Shown here one piece after another: positions 54,131 to 64,000 of a DNA stretch of 64,000 nucleotides. Origin of the DNA: Eledone cirrhosa (lineage: Eukaryota); NCBI GenBank assembly GCA_964016885.1, contig OZ024764.1, positions 19,034,001 through 19,098,000 of the forward strand, read 5' to 3'. A model generated the notes under the pieces. The model saw nothing but the letters and a program-made list of their open reading frames with translations, was not told where the DNA came from and searched no databases. The first letter of the stretch is position 1; each line of letters begins with the position of its first letter. The position numbers were made by a program, and so were the translations under genes.

Positions 54131-57100
54131 TCACGACAAAAAGTACCCAGTCCACCTCTGTAAAGTGGTCATGTAGGTGTCACAACAAAAAGTACCCAGT
54201 CCACATTGTAAAGTGGACATGTAGGTGTCATGACAAAAAGTACCCAGTCCACACTGTAAAGTGGTCATGTAGGTGTCACAACAAAAAGTACCCAGTCCAC
54301 ACTGTAAAGTGGTCATGTAGGTGTCACAACAAAAAGTACCCAGTCCACACTGTAAAGTGGTCATGTAGGTGTCACAACAAAAAGTACCCAGGCCACACTG
54401 TAAAGTGGTCATGTAGGTGTCACAACAAAATATACCCAGTCCACACTGTAAAGTGGTCATGTAGGTGTCACAACAAAAAGTACCCAGTCCACACTGTAAA
54501 GTGGTCATGTAGGTGTCACAACAAAAAGTACCCAGTCCACACTGTAAAGTGGTCATGTAGGTGTCACAACAAAAAGTACCCAGTCCACCCTGTAAAGTGG
54601 TCATATATGTGTCACAACAAAAGGTACCCAGTCCACCCTGTAAAGTGGTCATGTATGTGTCACAACAAAAAGTACCCAGTCCACACTGTAAAGTGGACAT
54701 GTAGGTATCATGACAAAAAGTACCCAGTCCACACTGTAAAGTGGTAATGTAGGTGTCACAAAAAAAAACAACACCCAGTCCACACTGTAAAGTAGTCATG
54801 TAGGTGTCATAACAAAAAGTACCCAGTCCACACTGTAAAGTGGTCAGGTAGGTGTCACAACAAAAAGTACCCAGTCCACACTGTAAAGTGGTCATGTAGG
54901 TGTCACAACAAAAAGTACCCAGTCCACACTGTAAAGTGGTCATGTAGGTGTCATAACAAAAAGTACCCAGTCCACACTGTAAAGTGGTCAGGTAGGTGTC
55001 ACAACAAAAAGTACCCAGTCCACACTGTAAAGTGGTCATGTAGGTGTCACAACAAAAAGTACCCAGTCCACACTGTAAAGTGGTCATGTATGTGTCACAA
55101 CAAAAGGTACCCAGTCCACACTGTAAAGTGGTCATGTAGGTGTCACAACAAAAAGTACCCAGTCCACACTGTAAAGTGGTCATGTAGGTGTCATAACAAA
55201 AAGTACCCAGTCCACACTGTAGAGTGGTCAGGTAGGTATCATGACAAAAAGTACCCAGTCCACACTGTAAAGTGGTAATGTAGGTGTCACAAAAAAAAAC
55301 AACACCCAGTCCACACTGTAAAGTGGTCATGTAGGTGTCACGACAAAAAGTACCCAGTCCACCTCTGTAAAGTGGTCATGTAGGTGTCACAACAAAAAGT
55401 ACCCAGTCCACCCTGTAAAGTGGTCATGTAGGTGTCACAACAAAAAGTACCCAGTCCACACTGTAAAGTGGTCATGTAGGTGTCATAACAAAAAGTACCC
55501 AGTCCACACTGTAAAGTGGTCAGGTAGGTGTCACAACAAAAAGTACCCAGTCCACACTGTAAAGTGGTCATGTAGGTGTCACAACAAAAAGTACCCAGTC
55601 CACACTGTAAAGTGGTCATGTATGTGTCACAACAAAAGGTACCCAGTCCACACTGTAAAGTGGTCATGTAGGTGTCACAACAAAAAGTACCCAGTCCACA
55701 CTGTAAAGTGGTCATGTAGGTGTCATAACAAAAAGTACCCAGTCCACACTGTAGAGTGGTCAGGTAGGTATCATGACAAAAAGTACCCAGTCCACACTGT
55801 AAAGTGGTAATGTAGGTGTCACAAAAAAAAACAACACCCAGTCCACACTGTAAAGTGGTCATGTAGGTGTCACGACAAAAAGTACCCAGTCCACCTCTGT
55901 AAAGTGGTCATGTAGGTGTCACAACAAAAAGTACCCAGTCCACACTGTAAAGTGGTCATGTAGGTGTCACAACAAAAAGTACCCAGTCCACACTGTAAAG
56001 TGGTCATGTAGGTGTCATAACAAAAAGTACCCAGTCCACACTGTAAAGTGGTCAGGTAGGTGTCACAACAAAAAGTACCCAGTCCACACTGTAAAGTGGT
56101 CATGTAGGTGTCACACAAAAAGTACCCAGTCCACACTGTAAAGTGGTCATGTAGGTGTCATAACAAAAAGTACCCAGTCCACACTGTAAAGTGGTCAGGT
56201 AGGTGGCACAACAAAAAGTACCCAGTCCACACTGTAAAGTGGTCATGTAGGTGTCACAACAAAAAGTACCAAGTCCACACTGTAGAGAGGTCAGGTAGGT
56301 ATCATGACAAAAAGTACCCAGTCCACACTGTAAAGTGGTCATGTAGGTATCATGACATAAAGTACCCAGTCCACACTGTAAAGTGGTAATGTAGGTGTCA
56401 CAAAAAAAAACAACACCCAGTCCACACTGTAAAGTGGTCATGTAGGTGTCACGAAAAAAGTACCCAGTCCCCCTCTGTAAAGTGGTCATGTAGGTGTCAC
56501 AACAAAAAGTACCCAGTCCACACTGTAAAGTGGTCATGTAGGTGTCACAACAAAAAGTACCCAGTCCACACTGTAAAGTGGTCATGTAGGTGTCATAACA
56601 AAAAGTACCCAGTCCACACTGTAAAGTGGTCAGGTAGGTGTCACAACAAAAAGTACCCAGTCCACACTGTAAAGTGGTCATGTAGGTGTCACAACAAAAA
56701 GTACCCAGTCCACACTGTAAAGTGGTCATGTAGGTGTCATAACAAAAAGTACCCAGTCCACACTGTAAAGTGGTCAGGTAGGTGGCACAACAAAAAGTAC
56801 CCAGTCCACACTGTAAAGTGGTCATGTAGGTGTCACAACAAAAAGTACCAAGTCCACACTGTAGAGTGGTCAGGTAGGTATCATGACAAAAAGTACCCAG
56901 TCCACACTGTAAAGTGGTCATGTAGGTATCATGACAAAAAGTACCCAGTCCACACTGTAAAGTGGTAATGTAGGTGTCACAAAAAAAAACAACACCCAGT
57001 CCACACTGTAAAGTGGTCATGTAGGTGTCACGACAAAAAGTACCCAGTCCACCTCTGTAAAGTGGTCATGTAGGTGTCACAACAAAAAGTACCCAGTCCA

Positions 57101-59390
57101 CATTGTAAAGTGGACATGTAGGTGTCATGACAAAAAGTACCCAGTCCACACTGTAAAGTGGTCATGTAGGTGTCACAACAAAAAGTACCCAGTCCACACT
57201 GTAAAGTGGTCATGTAGGTGTCACAACAAAAAGTACCCAGTCCACACTGTAAAGTGGTCATGTAGGTGTCACAACAAAAAGTACCCAGGCCACACTGTAA
57301 AGTGGTCATGTAGGTGTCACAACAAAATATACCCAGTCCACACTGTAAAGTGGTCATGTAGGTGTCACAACAAAAAGTACCCAGTCCACACTGTAAAGTG
57401 GTCATGTAGGTGTCACAACAAAAAGTACCCAGTCCACACTGTAAAGTGGTCATGTAGGTGTCACAACAAAAAGTACCCAGTCCACCCTGTAAAGTGGTCA
57501 TATATGTGTCACAACAAAAGGTACCCAGTCCACCCTGTAAAGTGGTCATGTATGTGTCACAACAAAAAGTACCCAGTCCACACTGTAAAGTGGACATGTA
57601 GGTATCATGACAAAAAGTACCCAGTCCACACTGTAAAGTGGTAATGTAGGTGTCACAAAAAAAAACAACACCCAGTCCACACTGTAAAGTAGTCATGTAG
57701 GTGTCATAACAAAAAGTACCCAGTCCACACTGTAAAGTGGTCAGGTAGGTGTCACAACAAAAAGTACCCAGTCCACACTGTAAAGTGGTCATGTAGGTGT
57801 CACAACAAAAAGTACCCAGTCCACACTGTAAAGTGGTCATGTAGGTGTCATAACAAAAAGTACCCAGTCCACACTGTAAAGTGGTCAGGTAGGTGTCACA
57901 ACAAAAAGTACCCAGTCCACACTGTAAAGTGGTCATGTAGGTGTCACAACAAAAAGTACCCAGTCCACACTGTAAAGTGGTCATGTATGTGTCACAACAA
58001 AAGGTACCCAGTCCACACTGTAAAGTGGTCATGTAGGTGTCACAACAAAAAGTACCCAGTCCACACTGTAAAGTGGTCATGTAGGTGTCATAACAAAAAG
58101 TACCCAGTCCACACTGTAGAGTGGTCAGGTAGGTATCATGACAAAAAGTACCCAGTCCACACTGTAAAGTGGTAATGTAGGTGTCACAAAAAAAAACAAC
58201 ACCCAGTCCACACTGTAAAGTGGTCATGTAGGTGTCACGACAAAAAGTACCCAGTCCACCTCTGTAAAGTGGTCATGTAGGTGTCACAACAAAAAGTACC
58301 CAGTCCACACTGTAAAGTGGTCATGTAGGTGTCACAACAAAAAGTACCCAGTCCACACTGTAAAGTGGTCATGTAGGTGTCATAACAAAAAGTACCCAGT
58401 CCACACTGTAAAGTGGTCAGGTAGGTGTCACAACAAAAAGTACCCAGTCCACACTGTAAAGTGGTCATGTAGGTGTCACACAAAAAGTACCCAGTCCACA
58501 CTGTAAAGTGGTCATGTAGGTGTCATAACAAAAAGTACCCAGTCCACACTGTAAAGTGGTCAGGTAGGTGGCACAACAAAAAGTACCCAGTCCACACTGT
58601 AAAGTGGTCATGTAGGTGTCACAACAAAAAGTACCAAGTCCACACTGTAGAGAGGTCAGGTAGGTATCATGACAAAAAGTACCCAGTCCACACTGTAAAG
58701 TGGTCATGTAGGTATCATGACAAAAAGTACCCAGTCCACACTGTAAAGTGGTAATGTAGGTGTCACAAAAAAAAACAACACCCAGTCCACACTGTAAAGT
58801 GGTCATGTAGGTGTCACGACAAAAAGTACCCAGTCCCCCTCTGTAAAGTGGTCATGTAGGTGTCACAACAAAAAGTACCCAGTCCACACTGTAAAGTGGT
58901 CATGTAGGTGTCACAACAAAAAGTACCCAGTCCACACTGTAAAGTGGTCATGTAGGTGTCACAACAAAAAGTACCCAGTCCACACTGTAAAGTGGTCATG
59001 TAGGTGTCATAACAAAAAGTACCCAGTCCACACTGTAAAGTGGTCATGTAGGTGTCACAACAAAAAGTACCCAGTCCACACTGTAAAGTGGTCATGTAGG
59101 TGTCATAACAAAAAGTACCCAGTCCACACTGTAAAGTGGTCAGGTAGGTGGCACAACAAAAAGTACCCAGTCCACACTGTAAAGTGGTCATGTAGGTGTC
59201 ACAACAAAAAGTACCAAGTCCACACTGTAGAGTGGTCAGGTAGGTATCATGACAAAAAGTACCCAGTCCACACTGTAAAGTGGTCATGTAGGTATCATGA
59301 CAAAAAGTACCCAGTCCACACTGTAAAGTGGTAATGTAGGTGTCACAAAAAAAAACATCACCCAGTCCACACTGTAAAGTGGTCATGTAG
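54131..59390 (+). repeat. Tandem duplication of a ~2.4-2.9 kb block (54131-57027 / 57028-59390)
   Basis: ORFs 54131..55330 and 57028..58227 have the same translation (offset 2897). Landmarks 55870/58235 are offset by 2365, so the first copy carries an extra 532-bp internal repeat (~55338-55869). Confidence 0.85.
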
Positions 59391-59449
59391 GTGTCACGAC
59401 AAAAAGTACCCAGTCCACCTCTGTAAAGTGGTCATGTAGGTGTCACAAC

Positions 59450-62400
59450 AAAAAGTACCCAGTCCACATTGTAAAGTGGACATGTAGGTGTCATGACAAA
59501 AAGTACCCAGTCCACACTGTAAAGTGGTCATGTAGGTGTCACAACAAAAAGTACCCAGTCCACACTGTAAAGTGGTCATGTAGGTGTCACAACAAAAAGT
59601 ACCCAGTCCACACTGTAAAGTGGTCATGTAGGTGTCACAACAAAAAGTACCCAGGCCACACTGTAAAGTGGTCATGTAGGTGTCACAACAAAATATACCC
59701 AGTCCACACTGTAAAGTGGTCATGTAGGTGTCACAACAAAAAGTACCCAGTCCACACTGTAAAGTGGTCATGTAGGTGTCACAACAAAAAGTACCCAGTC
59801 CACACTGTAAAGTGGTCATGTAGGTGTCACAACAAAAAGTACCCAGTCCACCCTGTAAAGTGGTCATATATGTGTCACAACAAAAGGTACCCAGTCCACC
59901 CTGTAAAGTGGTCATGTATGTGTCACAACAAAAAGTACCCAGTCCACACTGTAAAGTGGACATGTAGGTGTCATGACAAAAAGTACCCAGTCCACACTGT
60001 AAAGTGGTCATGTAGGTGTCACAACAAAAAGTACCCAGTCCACACTGTAAAGTGGTCATGTAGGTGTCACAACAAAAAGTACCCAGTCCACACTGTAAAG
60101 TGGTCATGTAGGTGTCACAACAAAAAGTACCCAGGCCACACTGTAAAGTGGTCATGTAGGTGTCACAACAAAAAGTACCCAGTCCACACTGTAAAGTGGT
60201 CATGTAGGTGTCACAACAAAAAGTACCCAGTCCACACTGTAAAGTGGTCATGTAGGTGTCACAACAAAAAGTACCCAGTCCACACTGTAAAGTGGTCATG
60301 TAGGTGTCACAACAAAAAGTACCCAGTCCACACTGTAAAGTGGTCATGTAGGTGTCACAACAAAAAGTACCCAGTCCACACTGTAAAGTGGTCATGTAGG
60401 TGTCACAACAAAAAGTACCCAGTCCACCCTGTAAAGTGGTCATATATGTGTCACAACAAAAAGTACCCAGTCCACCCTGTAAAGTGGTCATGTATGTGTC
60501 ACAACAAAAAGTACCCAGTCCACACTGTAAAGTGGTCATGTATGTGTCACAACAAAATTACCCAGTCCACACTGTAAAGTGGTCATGTAGGTGTCACAAC
60601 AAAAAGTACCCAGTCCACACTGTAAAGTGGTCATGTAGGTGTCATAACAAAAAGTACCCAGTCCACACTGTAGAGTGGTCAGGTAGGTATCATGACAAAA
60701 AGTACCCAGTCCACACTGTAAAGTGGTCATGTAGGTGTCACAACAAAAAGTACCCAGTCCACACTGTAAAGTGGTCATGTAGGTGTCATAACAAAAAGTA
60801 CCCAGTCCACACTATAAAGTGGTCAGGTAGGTGTCACAACAAAAAGTACCCAGTCCACACTGTAAAGTGGTCATGTAGGTGTCACAACAAAAAGTACCCA
60901 GTCCACACTGTAAAGTGGTCATGTAGGTGTCATAACAAAAAGTACCCAGTCCACACTGTAAAGTGGTCAGGTAGGTGTCACAACAAAAAGTACCCAGTCC
61001 ATACTGTAAAGTGGTCATGTAGGTGTCACAACAAAAAGTACCCAGTCCACACTGTAAAGTGGTCATGTATGTGTCACAACAAAAAGTACCCAGTCCACAC
61101 TGTAAAGTGGTCATGTAGGTGTCACAACAAAAAGTACCCAGTCCACACTGTAAAGTGGTCATGTAGGTGTCACAACAAAAAGTACCCAGTCCACACTGTA
61201 AAGTGGTCATGTAGGTGTCATAACAAAAAGTACCCAGTCCACACTGTAGAGTGGTCAGGTAGGTATCATGACAAAAAGTACCCAGTCCACACTGTAAAGT
61301 GGTCATGTAGGTGTCACAACAAAAAGTACCCAGTCCACATTGTAAAGTGGACATGTAGGTGTCATGACAAAAAGTACCCAGTCCACACTGTAAAGTGGTC
61401 ATGTAGGTGTCACAACAAAAAGTACCCAGTCCACACTGTAAAGTGGTCATGTAGGTGTCACAACAAAAAGTACCCAGTCCACACTGTAAAGTGGTCATGT
61501 AGGTGTCACAACAAAAAGTACCCAGGCCACACTGTAAAGTGGTCATGTAGGTGTCACAACAAAATATACCCAGTCCACACTGTAAAGTGGTCATGTAGGT
61601 GTCACAACAAAAAGTACCCAGTCCACACTGTAAAGTGGTCATGTAGGTGTCACAACAAAAAGTACCCAGTCCACACTGTAAAGTGGTCATGTAGGTGTCA
61701 CAACAAAAAGTACCCAGTCCACCCTGTAAAGTGGTCATATATGTGTCACAACAAAAGGTACCCAGTCCACCCTGTAAAGTGGTCATGTATGTGTCACAAC
61801 AAAAAGTACCCAGTCCACACTGTAAAGTGGACATGTAGGTGTCATGACAAAAAGTACCCAGTCCACACTGTAAAGTGGTCATGTAGGTGTCACAACAAAA
61901 AGTACCCAGTCCACACTGTAAAGTGGTCATGTAGGTGTCACAACAAAAAGTACCCAGTCCACACTGTAAAGTGGTCATGTAGGTGTCACAACAAAAAGTA
62001 CCCAGGCCACACTGTAAAGTGGTCATGTAGGTGTCACAACAAAAAGTACCCAGTCCACACTGTAAAGTGGTCATGTAGGTGTCACAACAAAAAGTACCCA
62101 GTCCACACTGTAAAGTGGTCATGTAGGTGTCACAACAAAAAGTACCCAGTCCACACTGTAAAGTGGTCATGTAGGTGTCACAACAAAAAGTACCCAGTCC
62201 ACACTGTAAAGTGGTCATGTAGGTGTCACAACAAAAAGTACCCAGTCCACACTGTAAAGTGGTCATGTAGGTGTCACAACAAAAAGTACCCAGTCCACCC
62301 TGTAAAGTGGTCATATATGTGTCACAACAAAAAGTACCCAGTCCACCCTGTAAAGTGGTCATGTATGTGTCACAACAAAAAGTACCCAGTCCACACTGTA

Positions 62401-63050
62401 AAGTGGTCATGTATGTGTCACAACAAAATTACCCAGTCCACACTGTAAAGTGGTCATGTAGGTGTCACAACAAAAAGTACCCAGTCCACACTGTAAAGTG
62501 GTCATGTAGGTGTCATAACAAAAAGTACCCAGTCCACACTGTAGAGTGGTCAGGTAGGTATCATGACAAAAAGTACCCAGTCCACACTGTAAAGTGGTCA
62601 TGTAGGTGTCACAACAAAAAGTACCCAGTCCACACTGTAAAGTGGTCATGTAGGTGTCATAACAAAAAGTACCCAGTCCACACTATAAAGTGGTCAGGTA
62701 GGTGTCACAACAAAAAGTACCCAGTCCACACTGTAAAGTGGTCATGTAGGTGTCACAACAAAAAGTACCCAGTCCACACTGTAAAGTGGTCATGTAGGTG
62801 TCATAACAAAAAGTACCCAGTCCACACTGTAAAGTGGTCAGGTAGGTGTCACAACAAAAAGTACCCAGTCCATACTGTAAAGTGGTCATGTAGGTGTCAC
62901 AACAAAAAGTACCCAGTCCACACTGTAAAGTGGTCATGTATGTGTCACAACAAAAAGTACCCAGTCCACACTGTAAAGTGGTCATGTAGGTGTCACAACA
63001 AAAAGTACCCAGTCCACACTGTAAAGTGGTCATGTAGGTGTCATAACAAA
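59450..63050 (+). repeat. Tandem duplication with 1871-bp period (39 monomers minus 1 bp)
   Basis: ORF landmarks 60400/62271 and 60536/62407 are offset by 1871 bp. Rare variants CCACATTG (~59465/~61336) and CCATACTG (~61000/~62870) are shared. Confidence 0.85.
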
Positions 63051-64000
63051 AAGTACCCAGTCCACACTGTAGAGTGGTAAGGTAGATGTCATGACAAAAA
63101 GTACCCAGTCCACACTGTAAAGTGGTCATGTAGGTGTCACAACAAAAAGTACCCAGTCCACACTGTAAAGTGGTCATGTAGGTGTCATAACAAAAAGTAC
63201 CCAGTCCACACTGTAAAGTGGTCAGGTAGGTGTCACAATAAAAAGTACCCAGTCCACACTGTAAAGTGGTCATGTAGGTGTCACAACAAAAAGTACCCAG
63301 TCCACACTGTAAAGTAGTCATGTAGGTGTCATAACAAAAAGTACCCAGTCCACACTGTAAAGTGGTCAGGTAGGTGTCACAACAAAAAGTACCCAGTCCA
63401 CACTGTAAAGTGGTCATGTAGGTGTCACAACAAAAAGTACCAAGTCCACACTGTAGAGTGGTCAGGTAGGTATCATGACAAAAAGTACCCAGTCCACACT
63501 GTAAAGTGGTCATGTAGGTATCATGACAAAAAGTACCCAGTCCACACTGTAAAGTGGTAATGTAGGTGTCACAAAAAAAAACAACACCCAGTCCACACTG
63601 TAAAGTGGTCATGTAGGTGTCACGACAAAAAGTACCCAGTCCAGCTCTGTAAAGTGGTCATGTAGGTGTCACAACAAAATATACCCAGTCCACACTGTAA
63701 AGTGGTCATGTAGGTGTCACAACAAAAAGTACCCAGTCCACACTGTAAAGTGGTCATGTAGGTGTCACAACAAAAAGTACCCAGTCCACACTGTAAAGTG
63801 GTCATGTAGGTGTCACAACAAAAAGTACCCAGTCCACACTGTAAAGTGGTCATGTAGGTGTCACAACAAAAAGTACCCAGTCCACACTGTAAAGTGGTCA
63901 TGTAGGTGTCACAACAAAAAGTACCCAGTCCACCCTGTAAAGTGGTCATATATGTGTCACAACAAAAATTACCCAGTCCACCCTGTAAAGTGGTCATGTA

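Larger units (their letters stand above)
1..64000 (+). repeat. 48-bp tandem satellite DNA array (~1,330 monomers, single orientation, runs off both window ends)
   Basis: The monomer GTCACAACAAAAAGTACCCAGTCCACACTGTAAAGTGGTCATGTAGGT recurs every 48 bp from start to end. Most monomers differ from consensus by 0-4 substitutions, with occasional 46/47/49/51/52-bp length variants. The 16-aa periodicity of every ORF in the track confirms the period. Confidence 0.99.

Noticed and set aside
1016-63997. Long ORFs on both strands (up to 1085 aa) as protein-coding genes
   Set aside because: They are pure 16-aa repeats produced by a 48-bp unit with two stop-free frames. They overlap on opposite strands, have no unique N- or C-terminal domains, and start and end at sporadic variant monomers.
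1-64000. CRISPR array
   Set aside because: There are no unique spacers: the entire 48 bp is repeated. No cas genes or leader are present.
1-64000. Satellite-encoded hammerhead ribozyme, as in newt or schistosome satellites
   Set aside because: The consensus has no CTGANGA and GAAA core on either strand, and its stems are too short.
1-64000. Telomeric repeat or G-quadruplex array
   Set aside because: There is no short telomere-type unit, and only one GGG run per 48 bp on the minus strand. A subtelomeric location cannot be judged from this window.

Overview
The whole 64 kb window is one uninterrupted head-to-tail tandem array (satellite DNA) of a 48-bp monomer, about 1,330 copies, all in the same orientation. 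Consensus: GTCACAACAAAAAGTACCCAGTCCACACTGTAAAGTGGTCATGTAGGT (21/48 G+C, no CpG). I see no unique sequence, gene, RNA gene, transposon body or CRISPR spacer. The long ORFs arise because 48 bp is 16 codons and two of the six frames lack a stop. The information lies in the variant monomers: two alternating variant domains often bounded by indel monomers, nested duplications from 96 bp to about 8 kb, and a near-identical block repeated 30.8 kb away. Many variants perfect local palindromes, and one site shows a CG/TG/CA/TA quartet. Each monomer also resembles a RAG 23-RSS (CACACTG-24 bp-ACAAAAAGT), which is speculative. The array is probably eukaryotic, but the organism and any centromeric role cannot be determined here. 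All counts and block boundaries were read by eye and are approximate.
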